Positions 22,601 to 34,199 of a DNA stretch of 64,000 nt are shown here, in pieces. Within the stretch, counting starts at the first letter, position 1; each line of letters begins with the position of its first letter. Source of the DNA: an uncultured Planctomycetaceae bacterium (GTDB lineage Bacteria; Planctomycetota; Planctomycetia; Planctomycetales; Planctomycetaceae); the NCBI GenBank assembly GCA_963813715.1, contig CAWFAK010000007.1:1024001-1088000 (forward strand), written 5' to 3'. Both the position numbers and the translations under genes were made by a program. The notes beneath the pieces are model-generated. The model ran no database searches. It saw only the letters and a program-made list of their open reading frames with translations, and was not told the origin of the DNA.

Positions 22601-25600
22601 GGCCGGCCAGGCGCTCGGTACGACGCTGCAAATTGCGGTTGAAGACGCGTTTGGCAACGTCGTCACCTCCAATACGTCGACGTTGGCCGTCATTGTGGCC
22701 AGTGGTCCCGGCAGCTTTGCCAGCGGCAGCACAACCTCGGTCGCCGCGGTCAATGGCGTAGCAACCTTCAGCAACCTGGTCTTCGACACGGCCGGCAGCT
22801 ACACGCTGAGCATCTCCGACGGCTCTCTCGCCGGCGCGACTTCGACCAGTTTCACCGTCAGCCCCGGCGCGGCCAGCAGGCTGTTGATCGTCCAGACGCC
22901 GTCGAGCGGAGCAATCAATCAGGCGCTCAGCCCGGCCCCGGAAGTGGTGATCGAGGACCAGTTCGGCAACGTCGTGACCGGCAACACATCGACGGTCACG
23001 ATCGCGATGGCCAGCGGGCCCGGCGCGTTCTCGAGCGGCAGCACGACCTCGGTCGCCGCCGTCAACGGGATGGCCACCTTCAGCAATCTGATGCTCAACA
23101 CCGCGGGCAACTACACCCTGAGCCTGAGCGACGGCTCGCTGACGGGCGCAACCTCGGGCAGCATCACCATCAGCAACGCCTCGACCGCCACTCAGCTGGC
23201 GATCGCCCAGGCGCCGACGTCGGGAACGGCCGGCCAGGCGCTGGGCACGGCCCTCTCGGTTGCGGTGGAGAACGCCGCCGGTACCACGGTCACCTCGAAC
23301 ACTTCGACGGTCACCGTCACGGTGTTGAGCGGACCGGGCGGATTCGCCAGCGGCAGCACCACGTCGGTGGCCGCGGTCAATGGCGTCGCCAGCTTCAGCA
23401 ACCTGATGTTCAACACGGCCGGCACGTATAGGCTGAGCGTCAGCGACGGCTCCCTCACCGGTACCACGACCGGCACGATCACAATCAGCCCGGCCGCGGC
23501 GAGCAAGCTCGCCATCACGCAAACGCCGACGACCGGCACCGCGGGCCAGGCTTTGGGCACGAACCTCACCGTCGCGATCGAAGATGCTTTCGGCAACGTG
23601 GTCATGGGCAACAGCTCGAGCGTGACCGTCGCCCTGACGAGCGGCCCAGCCGGTTTCGCCAGCGGCAGCACGACGTCGGTGGCTGCCGTCAACGGTGTGG
23701 CCACCTTCAGCAACCTGATTTTCAACACGGCCGGCAGCTACACGCTGTCGGTGAGCGGCGCTTCGCTCAGCGGCGCCACGTCCGGCAGCTTCACCGTGAG
23801 CCCGGCGGCGGCGAGCAAACTAGTGGTGAATCAGGCGCCCACCTCGGGAGTGGCCGGCCAGGCCTTGAGCCCGAGCCTGACCGTCTCCGTGGAAGACGCG
23901 TTTGGAAACGTCGTCACCGGGAATAGTTCGACCGTGACGATCGCTTCGGCCGGTCCGGCCCGGCTGGCGAGCAACAGCACTGCGTCGGTCGCCGCCGTGA
24001 ACGGCGTCGCGACGTTTAGCGCGCTTTACCTCGACGCGGCCGGCTCGTACACGCTGGGCGTCAGCGATGGCTCCCTGACGGGCACCACAACAGGCAGCTT
24101 CACCGTGAGCCCGGGCGCGGCGAGCCAGCTCTTCGTCTCGAATACCCCGGGCTCGAACACTGCAGGACAAACGCTGAACCCGGCCGTCACCGTCGCCGTT
24201 CAGGACGCTTACGGCAACGCCATCACGAACAGCACCGCAACCGTCACCCTTGCGGTGGCGAGCGGGCCAGGCAGTTTCGCGAGCGGCAGCACACTTTCCG
24301 TCGCTGCAGTCAACGGAGTCGCCACCTTCAGCAAGCTGACTTTGGATACAGCCGGCAGCTACACGCTGAGTGCGAGCGCCGCGTCACTTTCGAGCGGCAC
24401 CTCGGCAGCGATCACGATCAACGCCGGCGCGGCGACCAAGCTGGCTGTCTCGCAGGCGCCCGCGACCGCGACTGCCGGGGCCGCGCTCAGCGCGGCCGTG
24501 ACCGTCGCCATCGAGGACGCGTTCGGCAACACCGTGAAATCAAGCACGGCCACCGTGACCCTCGCCTTGAGCACGGGTCCGGGGACATTTGCCAGCGGCA
24601 GCACCCTGTCGGTGGCGGCCGTGAACGGCGTGGCCACGTTCAGCAACCTGCTCCTCGACACAGCCGGCAGCTACGTCCTAAAGGCCAGCAGCGGCGCGTT
24701 GACGGCGGCCACGTCGAGCGCGATTACGGTGAGCGGCGCGGCCGCCACCAAGATGGTGATCACGCAATCGCCCACGTCCGGCACAGCCGGCCAGGCCCTG
24801 ACAGTGCAGGTGACACTCGAGGATCAGTTCGGCAACGTTGCCACGTCCAACACGTCGACGGTCAGCATTGCCGCCAGCACGGGCCCGGCTGCGCTGGCGA
24901 ATACCAGCACGACCTCGGTGGCAGCGGTCAACGGCGTTGCCACGTTCAGCAAGGTGATCTTCAACACGGCGGGAACTTACACGGTTAAGGTTGCCGACGG
25001 ATCGTTGGCCGCCGTCACGTCGGGCAACATCACGATCGCGGCGGCCGCGGCCAGCAAGCTTGTCTTCACCCAGACGCCGGCCAGCGCCACGGCCGGCAAG
25101 GCGCTCAGCCCGGCCATCAAAGTGGCGGTGGAAGACGCGTTCGGCAACGTCGTCACCTCCAACACCTCGAAGATCACGCTGGTGGTTAACAGTGGGCCCA
25201 ACGGCTTCACGAGCGGCAGCACCACGACGGTGGCGGCGGTCGCCGGCGTGGCAACTTTCAGCAACCTAGTGGCGACCAACGCGGGCAGCTACGTGATCGG
25301 CGCGAGCGACGGCGCTCTAACCAAAGCCGCGTCGTCGAGCATTACTGTGACTCCGGCGACCGCCAGCAAGTTGGTGATCATCCACACGCCGGGAACGGGA
25401 ACGGCGGGTTCGCCTTTGAGCGCGATGCAAGTCGCCGTCGAAGACCAGTACGGCAACATCGTCACGTCGAACACATCGACGTTGACCGTGACTGTCACTT
25501 CCGGGTCATTCGCGACGGGGAGCGCGACGGCCGTAGCCGCCGTCAATGGCGTCGCCACCTTCGCCAATCTGATCCTGGCGACGAAGGGGACCTATACCCT

Positions 25601-25660
25601 CAAGGTCAGCGACGGGTCCCTGACGGCGGCCACGTCGGGCGCATTCTGGTCGTCGCCTGA
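16683..25660 (+). CDS. Giant secreted protein (~2,990 aa): pectate-lyase-3-like beta-helix plus 23 Ig-like repeats (frameshifts ~20450, ~22245, ~25640)
   Basis: Basic leader with LEGLESRLLLS; FNVKNYGATGNGTTDDTVAIRAAI...IFFPAGTY; Asn-rich beta-helix; repeat register continues across the three ORF pieces; corrected end GSILVVA* at 25658-25660. Confidence 0.88.
18520..25660 (+). repeat. 23 tandem ~310-bp (~103-aa) coding repeats
   Basis: Consensus SKLAITQTPTTGTAGQAL..VAVEDAFGNVVTSNTSTV...SGPG.FASGSTTSVAAVNGVATFSNL...TAG.YTLSVSDGSLTGATS; counted by hand. Confidence 0.9.
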
Positions 25661-25780
25661 GCCCGCCACCAGAAGCGATCGTTGCCTGGCGATCACCTCA
25701 ATAGCGTGCGGCCGTCAAGGCGCAGCCGGCCAACGTCAGGCGCACCACCGAGTCAGCCGCGAAGGAGAGGGTCTGGTGGA

Positions 25781-26535
25781 TTAGGCCGACCGGAAGCGGC
25801 GCCAGCCGCAGACGGGGATCACGCAGCACAGCGCCAGGATTCCCAGCTTGAGCGTCCCCGGCGTGGGAGAGACCAGGAAGCTCTGACCCTGGGTGTAGCC
25901 GGCGGGCTGCGAAGAATCGCCCTGCAAGAACGCGCCGCTCTGGAGTGTCGAGTTGGCGGCGGCCGCCAAGAAGCTCGACACGAGGGAGCTTACGGTGCTC
26001 GCGTTTCCGCTGTCGAGTGAGTAGGAGAATGGGCCGGTCGTGCTGCCGCTGTTGGCCAACTCGGTCCAGATTGCCAGCTGCAGAGCGGCCGCATAGTCGT
26101 TGGCCGCCACATTGTGATACGTGGTCCCATTGACCACCAGAGTGGCATACGTGCCGGTGATCTTGGTCTCGCCGTAGGTCTGGTAGAGGTAGTTGACCTG
26201 GCACCGTTATTCAGGGTCGGCACCGTCGCGGTCTGGGTGACTTCGTATTGCTGACCGTTCGACACATCGTGAAAGAGGTCGACGCAGAACGTCTGAAACG
26301 TCTGAGCCGAGCTTGAACTCAATCCGGCTTGCGTGGTCGCGGCCGTGCCCAGGTATTGTCCGGCGTAGTACTCGCCGCCGTTCTCTCCGCCGGGAGCGTA
26401 ATTGAGCGTCACAATGTCGGCCGATTCAACCGGGCCGAATTGGAACCATTCGGGCGAAGCAAGCAGTCGTTCCGGCGCGGAAGCTCCGAGCACCAGCACG
26501 AGAGGCACAATCAGAGCGATCTTAGTGCGCGACAT
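25781..26535 (-). CDS. Thioester-domain-like surface protein with PEP-CTERM-like tail (frameshift ~26200)
   Basis: Signal peptide; FCVD, LQLAIWTE and GQSFLV motifs; tail SPTPGTL, hydrophobic stretch, WRRFRSA. Confidence 0.75.
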
Positions 26536-26642
26536 TGACGTTGGCCCTTTTGTTTTCTTGCCGCCGGTTGATCCGTCTCGCCACTCGCGAAGTACTGAAC
26601 AACCCTAGTTGCCGACTTGTGCCGGCTCTTCGGCGACGCTCC

Positions 26643-26671
26643 AGATTGCCAAACCCCGATTAACATGTCAA
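26643..26671 (-). promoter_or_regulatory. Possible sigma70 promoter of the thioester-like gene
   Basis: Minus-strand TTGACA, 17 bp, CAATCT in an AT-rich intergenic stretch; -10 box is poor. Confidence 0.35.
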
Positions 26672-26867
26672 ACCTAAACTGGACAAAACGTATACATTTC
26701 CGGAAATTCGTAACTCTCAGCAAGCATTGACTTTTCGTCAGATCGGCTCGACGCTTGGCGTCCGAACGCTCCGCCCGCTGGATCGCTCTCGGAAAGCAGC
26801 ACGAGATGATACTGAACACACGTTTCCACTGTGCCGCGCCCTGCGGGCTACAGTGCCGAAGGAATGG

Positions 26868-29800
26868 TCAACCGCGGGGCGTTTCCAACTGAACTTTCAG
26901 CTCTTCGAAGGTCGAAGCCTCGAGTCGATTGAGACCCGCCTCAGACAGTCCGCTCGTGAGCGCTCGCTTGAACAACGCGCGGGCATCTTCGAGTTGACCG
27001 TGCAGGATCCGGCGCGGGCCAGATGGAACAAGTGTACGGGGGACGCGCCGTCGCTGACGGCCGCTTGCAAGTCGGCGAGAGCGGCATCCGATTGGCCGGC
27101 CGCCAATTCCACGACCGCCCGAGAATCCAGTAGGCTGGTCCGCGGGCCCGACAGCGCGATGGCCTTGCCGACGAGCAATTGCGCCTCGGGCAAGTCCTTG
27201 TTCCGAAGGGCCAGGAGATAGGCCAGGTTGTTGAGAGCGTCGATTCGCGTCCGGTCATCGAGTGCCAGCGCACGGCGGTAGCTGGCTTCTTCCTCGTCGT
27301 ACTGTTCGAGTCGATCCTGGATCGCGGCCAGCGCCACCCAGACTGAGTAAGTCGGTCGGTGCGACGCAACCTCCCCCAGCGATTGCGCCAGCCGAGTGAG
27401 CAGATCGCGATCGGCCAGCGGCCACGTGGTGAGCGCCATACACGCCTGGTCGCGCTCCGCCGGCGAACCCTGCGCACACAAGCGATCGAATTCCGCGAGC
27501 GCCGCGGCACCACGGTCGCGCCGAATCAGAAATTGCAGATGGTCGGCCGATGCATTCTCTCCACGTCCCCCGGTGTTGCGAATCAACGATTCGGCGCGAG
27601 CAAAGAATCGCTCCGCTTCGGCGAGACGTTTAAGCCGCGTCAGCTGGTCGCCACACTCTTCGAGCCGCCGCGACGTTCCGCGACGTCGCGCCGCTTCGGC
27701 GCTTGGGTCGCTCATTTCCTGGTTCAAGGCGCCGACGATTCGCTCGAAGGCTTCGTCGTAGCGGCCTTGCGCCGCCAGGAGCCGGGCTCGCAGATCGGTC
27801 GTGAGAAAATCGCGCGGAGCCAGCGACTCCAGTCGTCGCAACCAGTCGTCTGCCGCGGCTAGCTCGCGTTCTCCCAGGAGGGCATCGATATAAGCGGTGA
27901 GGTGGCGCGGATCCTCGGAGCGCGCGACCACGTCGCGAAAGACCTGCGACGACTTGACCCATTCACCCCGCGCGCAACAGCCGCGCCATCACGATTCGGT
28001 CGTCGAGCGAGAGGACATTGGGGCGCTCGGCCAATCCGTTGAGCGTTTCGAGCGCTCGGTTTCGGCTCTCCGGAGTGGGGAAGGACGCCTGGATCATTGC
28101 CTTGGCCCGGCGATCGGCATCCGAGGCGGTCGGACTCTGCAGATTCTTCTCGATCAGCTCGAGGGCCTGCACATAGTTGGGATAGGTGCCCGCCGCGGCC
28201 AGCGACAAAGCCAGCGTCCGCCGCGCCCACACGACGTTGGCAGGCTGCTTGGCCCCATCGGGGGACGCCAAAAACTCCTTGAGGAGCGACCGGGCCTGAG
28301 ACGCGCGGCGAGCGCGGAGCTTCGTTTCCACAGCCAACCGACGGATGGGAAAGCGATCGGGCGTAGCCTTGAGCGCAGCGTCGTACGTCTTTTCCGCCTC
28401 CTGCACATTGCCGGCGAGCTGATAGGCATAGCCTTCGATTTCCCACGTGCGCTGCGGATCGATGGCGGACAGCGACTGTTTCAACGTTTTCTCGGCCGTC
28501 TCTTTCTTTCCGCTCGACGAATAAAAGGTGATAAGTGCCAGCCACGGCGAGACTTCTCTTGGCGAAATTTGAATCGCCTTTTGGAATGCGGCTTCGGCTT
28601 CGTTCGCGCGGCCGTTGACCCGCAGCAGCTCGCCCAGCAGGATCGCACTGCGATAGTCCTTGCCAGCCGCGGCGGACTTCCGCGCCAGTGCCAGGGCCCC
28701 CTGCCGGTCGCCCATTTGCACCAGAGCCTGCGAGACAACGCTCGTCAGCTCAGCAGAAAACGGCACTTTTTCGTCGATGAGCTGGCGGACGACCGTTTCG
28801 ATCTTCTCATTTTCCTGCCGATCGACGAGCAGGCCCAGCAGCCGGTTCACGACAACCGGACTGCGCTCACCCAGGTCGAACGCGGCCCGATACCTCTCCA
28901 AGGCCGCGTCCCCTTGGCCGCGAGCGTCGGCGATTTGTGCGGCGAGCAGCGGAATCTTCGGCCAGCTGGGAAACCGGGAGTGGGCTTCGTCCAACTGTGC
29001 GATCGCCTGGTCGAAGAGGGCATCGGACTGAGCCGCCAGCGACTTGTCCGCCTTCAGAGCGGCCTCGTCCTTCAGGCGCTTGGCGAGCTCCGCCGACTGC
29101 AACGCGTGGCCGTAATGAGAATAAGGCCCGTTCTGCTCGAGCGCTTCGACCTCAGTCAGCAACTTCGCCAGATCGTCGAGTTTCTCCCGCTGCGACGCCA
29201 GATCGATCAACAAGAGGCGGATTTGCAAATTGGCCGGCTCGGCGTCGGCGACTTTCCGCCAGAGCCGCTCTGCCACATCGTAGTCGGCGACCGAGAAAGC
29301 CAGGCGGCCGATCGGGAAGAGCAGATCGAGCTGGTCGGACGCCGAGAAACCTGGCGCCTCCGCGAGGGACCGCAACTGATCGATGCGCCAACGCCGTGGC
29401 GACGGACAAGATAACCCGCCCGTGCCAACCGCACAGCCACGCTGTCGCCCAGCTGCCGTTGCATCTCGCTCAAGAACCGCTCGGTGTCGTCCCACCGTTC
29501 CAGGCGCGAGGCGAGCGACGTGAGCGCGGTCCACAGCCGCACGTCTTTGGGCGCCTTGTCGATCGCCGCTCGCAACGTTCGCGTTGCCGCGTCGCTTTGA
29601 TCCTTGCCCAGCTCGACCTCCGCCTCGAGCAGTGCGACGTCGACGGAGAACGGCTGTTTGAGAACTTCGCGCAGCTGCGCGTCGATGACTGTCCAATTCC
29701 GCTCGGCGGGGGGCTGTCCGAGCGTCTTCAGAATCGTGAGCCGCAGCAATTCTGCGTCCGTGTGCGCGGGGGCATCAGGACGCTGCCGCAAGCGACGCAG

Positions 29801-31223
29801 CTCGACAATGGCCTCGTCGACGCGGCCCTGAGCGCCAACGTGTCGGCTAGGCCGACTCGCGCGGGCGTGAATTCTGGATCGACTTCGAGTGCCGCCCGAT
29901 AGGCGCCGACTGTCCAGTCCTCGCGCCCGAGGCGCTATAGCACTGAGCGAGCCGCAGCTGAGCGTCCTTATAAAGCTGGGGCCAGCGTTTGAGTTCCCCT
30001 TCGACGGACTCCAGCTCGTGAGTCGCTTCGGCCCATTTCGACTCGATGATGCGGATGCGCACCGTCAGATAACGGACGATCGGGCGAGCCATTTCGATCG
30101 GACGCAAGCGATCGATCAACGTCTGCGCTTGCTGAATGTCGTTCGTTTCCAGGCGCAGATTCGCCAAAGTCCACAGGAGCGCGGGAGCGCCGTCGGTCGC
30201 TTGCAGGCCGCGGCTCAAGCACTCGCACGCCTCTTTGACGCGCCGTTCGTGCAGCTCGATCGACGCCAGCACGAGATAACACTCGGCATTGGTCGGTTCT
30301 TGGCGCGTAGCCCTGTCGGCGTAGTCGCGAGCCTCTTTCACCGCGCCGGCCGCTAGTGCCGCCTGCGCACCGAGCAGCAACGCCGGGCAACTGGACGGCG
30401 CCAATCGGAGCGCCTCTTTGACGTCCGCGGCGACCGCGTTTTGCAAGGTGTCTTCGCCATGCTGCGAATCGGCGGGGCGGGGCAAAGACCCGGTGGCACC
30501 TTTCCTTGAGGCCGAACTCTGCCGGGCGACGAAGACTTGCCGGATTGACGGATCGTCTGCGTGCGCCTGCAGGAATCGCGCGCGAGTAATGTAGGCCTCG
30601 CTCTTCGCGTGGTTCTGCTTCTCGGCCACCATGTTGGCGAGCACGACGACGGCCGCCTGCCCGTCGCGGAGCCGCTCGGCAATGATCAGCGCCGACTGCT
30701 CGTAAGCCTTGATCGATCCGGGATCCTTCTTGATGGCCGTGGCGTAGGCGTCGACGGCCGGCTGCAGTTGCCCCAAGCCTGCTTGAGCGGCCCCGACCTC
30801 TGACCACAACTCGGCGTCGTCCGGATGCGCCTTCAATAGAAATCCGAGCTGGTAGATCGCGTCCTGATAGCGTTCCGCGCGAATGGACGTGTCGACGAGC
30901 CGGCGCCGCGCCTCCTCGTTGGCGGGATCGCGGAGAATGATTTCGCCGAACCAGGCGTGCGCTTCGCCGAACTGACGATCTTCGTACAGCAGGTTCGCGA
31001 GTCGCAGCATCGCTCGCGTGTCGTCCGGCGACATTTGCAGGTAGGTGCGGAAGAATCCAGCCGCCTCCTGGCTGTTGTGGGCCTGTTTGGCGCGCTCGGC
31101 TTCGCGGAGGAAAGCCGTCGATTGGTGTCCGACCTGATAGGCGTGCAGTCCAGAAATGATGAGACCGCCGACGGCGATCGCCACCACCAAGATCAGCAAG
31201 AGTTTGCTATTCAAACGACGCAT
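26868..31223 (-). CDS. Large TPR-repeat membrane-anchored protein (~1,450 aa; several frameshifts)
   Basis: N-terminal TM MRRLNSKLLLILVVAIAVGG; many TPR motifs; C-terminal ALNNLAYLLA...LLDSRAVV; corrected end EELKVQLETPRG*. Confidence 0.85.
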
Positions 31224-31329
31224 GGGAAGAGTCTGCTGTCAGCTGCGAAGAGCGAGGGGACTTTGGCTGCAAAGAGCCGCGAGGGCGAAGCCGTTGACGC
31301 CGCGGTCGGCGTGCAGGTTCGCGAGCGCG

Positions 31330-32205
31330 TCACTTCCAAGAACGCAGGGCCTTCGAACCGAATCGGCACACGCCGATGACCAACAAGCAAAGTGCTGCAG
31401 CGACCGCGACAACAGCCGCGGGCGACCGCGGCCAGGGCGTCCCCAGGTCGGGTCTCGAGAGAGGAATGTTTTGCAGGGAAGTCGATATGTCGCGATAGGT
31501 CAAAAACAGTTGAATGGGGTTGGCGAACCTCACCATCCCCACGCAGGCGAGATAGAGTGCGCCGTAGAGTGCCGATCGCTGCAGCCAGGACGTTGATCGC
31601 CGTTCGGCCCACGATGCGACCGGCTCGGCCATTCGGCAGAGTTGGGAGGTGGCTCGCTCTCCCACGGCTCGCCACAAACCGCAGCCGATCATTGCCCCGA
31701 ACTCGAGCGCCAGGACATCTCGAATCGACGGATCCCGGAGCGGAATCCAAAACTGCAGAGTCTCCGCGAGGATAGCCAGCAGTAAGCAGCCCATTGCCAC
31801 TGGGATCATTTCGGTCGCGCGGGCGCACCGTTTGGGCCAGGATGTGCACCAGGCAGCCGACCACAAAAATCCGACGGGGATAAATGCCAGCACGTTGGCA
31901 AACGGGTCGAGCGGCTGCGCAGGATCCCAACGCAACGATGCCCACACGCCCTCGAGGCGCGAGTCGAGGTCGGGAGCGGCAAAGATCCAAGGGATCGTCG
32001 AGAGATAGAGAAAACCGAGGGAAGCCAAAAGTGCAGCCGTGATATAGGCCGACTCGACCTGTCGCCAGACTCGGCCGGCGCGTTGGTCCGCGGCCTCGAC
32101 GTTTTGTGCCGGCATGGATTGCGATTCGAGCCGCCATCCTCGAGCGGCTGCCGGAACGCTCGAGGGACCGACGGTTGCGGCCGGTTCGTTCTGTGTACCT
32201 TCCAT
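31330..32205 (-). CDS. VanZ-family membrane protein
   Basis: RBS GAAGGAGG; DPFANVLAFIPVGFL and ETLQFWIPLRDPSIRDV motifs. Confidence 0.8.
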   Translation of the reverse strand: MEGTQNEPAATVGPSSVPAAARGWRLESQSMPAQNVEAADQRAGRVWRQVESAYITAALLASLGFLYLSTIPWIFAAPDLDSRLEGVWASLRWDPAQPLDPFANVLAFIPVGFLWSAAWCTSWPKRCARATEMIPVAMGCLLLAILAETLQFWIPLRDPSIRDVLALEFGAMIGCGLWRAVGERATSQLCRMAEPVASWAERRSTSWLQRSALYGALYLACVGMVRFANPIQLFLTYRDISTSLQNIPLSRPDLGTPWPRSPAAVVAVAAALCLLVIGVCRFGSKALRSWK

Positions 32206-32376
32206 GGCCTCCTTCACGCGTCGGTTCGAATAAAAATCGGCACCCAGTCGCGCCCACCGCTCCGCGTAGGCCCGACTCCGTCGTGCCCCCGCGTCCAATG
32301 TCCGGCTGCCGCTCGGTCTCACCGTGCTCGATCTTTGTTGTAATTGGCGCGCAGCATTTGCGGCAACCGACGACCA

Positions 32377-33438
32377 TTACAATGTCGCCGTGGTTTGCGC
32401 GACGACGGGCTCGACGACGCGCCAGCGGAGCGAGCGATCGACTCGGCCATCGCCCTGCAGTTGCTGGATGCGATTGATGCGGAAGTATTTCGACCCCGAG
32501 AGATCGTCTGCCGTCAGTCCGTGTTCGCGATAGGCGGCATAAATCTGTTCGACGCCGCGCACCACCGTCCAGCGGGTGCGAAACTCGGGGAAGGTGCGGG
32601 CGATTTTGTCGCAATTAACGCGATAGCAACGCGCGTCGGGTCCGCCTCCCTGGGCATAGCTGACCATGCTTCCCGGCACGGCCTGCCGGACAATCTCGGC
32701 GACGTCGCGAATGCGATAGTTTTCCTCGCTCGAGCCGACGTTGAACGCCTGGTTGTGAATCCGCTCGCGCGACGCTTCGAGGACCACCAAAAAGGCCTGA
32801 GAAATATCCGCGATGTGGACGAGCGGCCGCCAGGGAGTGCCGTCGCTTTGAATGAGCACTTGCCCTGTCGCGTGGGCGTACGCAACCAGGTTATTCACCA
32901 CGACATCCAGTCGTAGCGAGGGGGAGATGCCGTACGCCGTTGCGTTCCGCATAGAGGTGGGGCTGAAACGTTCGTCGGCCAGCTCGGCCAGATCTCGCTC
33001 GACGCGGACCTTCGACTCGCCGTAGGGCGTGATCGGGTTGAAGGTGCCCTGCTCGTCGATCGGCTCGTCGCCCGCCGCGCCGTACAGACTGCATGAAGAG
33101 GAGAAAATGAAGCGTGGCACGCCAGCCGCCTTGGCGAGAAACGCCAGACGTACCGAAGCCCGATGGTTGATGTCGAAGGTGCACTTCGGATTGACGTTGC
33201 CGAGCGGATCGTTAGAGAGCGCGGCCAGATGGATGACGGCGTCGAAGCCCGCCAGGTCCGCCTGCTCGACGTCGCGGATGTCTTTCGCGATAGCGGGTAT
33301 CTCTGCAACCGGGTGACCGAACGAGCACCCCTCGAACAGGCCGCTGTCGAGACCGATCACGGTGTGGCCGGCCGCCTGCAGAAAAGGCGCCATCACCGCG
33401 CCGATGTATCCACGATGCCCCGTCAACAACACTTGCAT
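32377..33438 (-). CDS. NAD-dependent nucleotide-sugar epimerase/dehydratase
   Basis: TGHRGYIG Rossmann motif, [14 protein letters not shown] (YxxxK). Confidence 0.93.
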   Translation of the reverse strand: MQVLLTGHRGYIGAVMAPFLQAAGHTVIGLDSGLFEGCSFGHPVAEIPAIAKDIRDVEQADLAGFDAVIHLAALSNDPLGNVNPKCTFDINHRASVRLAFLAKAAGVPRFIFSSSCSLYGAAGDEPIDEQGTFNPITPYGESKVRVERDLAELADERFSPTSMRNATAYGISPSLRLDVVVNNLVAYAHATGQVLIQSDGTPWRPLVHIADISQAFLVVLEASRERIHNQAFNVGSSEENYRIRDVAEIVRQAVPGSMVSYAQGGGPDARCYRVNCDKIARTFPEFRTRWTVVRGVEQIYAAYREHGLTADDLSGSKYFRINRIQQLQGDGRVDRSLRWRVVEPVVAQTTATL

Positions 33439-33494
33439 GGATCGATCCCCGCCCCCGCTCCTCGCGCGCTTGGCCTGCCTCTAAAACGATTTGT

Positions 33495-34173
33495 TCAAAG
33501 GTCGTGCCGGCCCGACGCACTCAGCACGGCCTTGCGGCAATAAAAGGCCTCGGCGTAGCGGCTGGGCGAGTTGGCTTCCATCCCCCGCAGGCGCAACACG
33601 GCTCGGAACGTTTGCTCGTCGAACCACGATTTTGACCGCTGCGAGGCGAAGCACTCAAGCAGGATGGCGATTTTCCGCTGACAGATCGCGTCGGCGATCG
33701 GCACGAACACGTTCGGCTGGCCGAAGTCGCCGTCGTATTTGGGAATCTCGTATTCCAGAATCAGGTGGTCGCGGAATGTGTTCCAGGTCAAATCCGAAAT
33801 CAGCCGATGGTCCTGGTGACGGTCGTCGCGGAAGTGGGTGAAGATGACGTCCGGCTGAAATTCGAGCTTGAGCGACTCGAACTCGTCCTTGATGGCCGCG
33901 CCGACGAATGGAAAAAATCCGTCGCGATAATTCTCAAGCGTCACTTTTTTCTGACAAGCGTTTGCCAGGAAGGCGGCCGCGCTGGCTTGAGCCTCGCGCG
34001 ATCGCTCTTCACTCGCGCTCGAAGACGACCCAGCGGATGTCGATCTGCCGATTGCTCTCCAAGAGCGACAGGACCGTGCCACCGCAGCCGATTTCGATAT
34101 CGTCGCTGTGCGCCGCCAGGCAGAGCACCTTGAGCGGTGCGTCCCCCGGATTTAGCAGTGGCAGTGTGAGCAC
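33495..34173 (-). CDS. PIG-L/LmbE-family deacetylase (frameshift ~34020)
   Basis: LCLAAHSDDIEIGCGGT in the upstream frame; DRHQDH; YEIPKYDGD; YAEAF. Confidence 0.88.
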
Positions 34174-34199
34174 AGCCGTGTTTCCCGTGCGCCGCGCGG

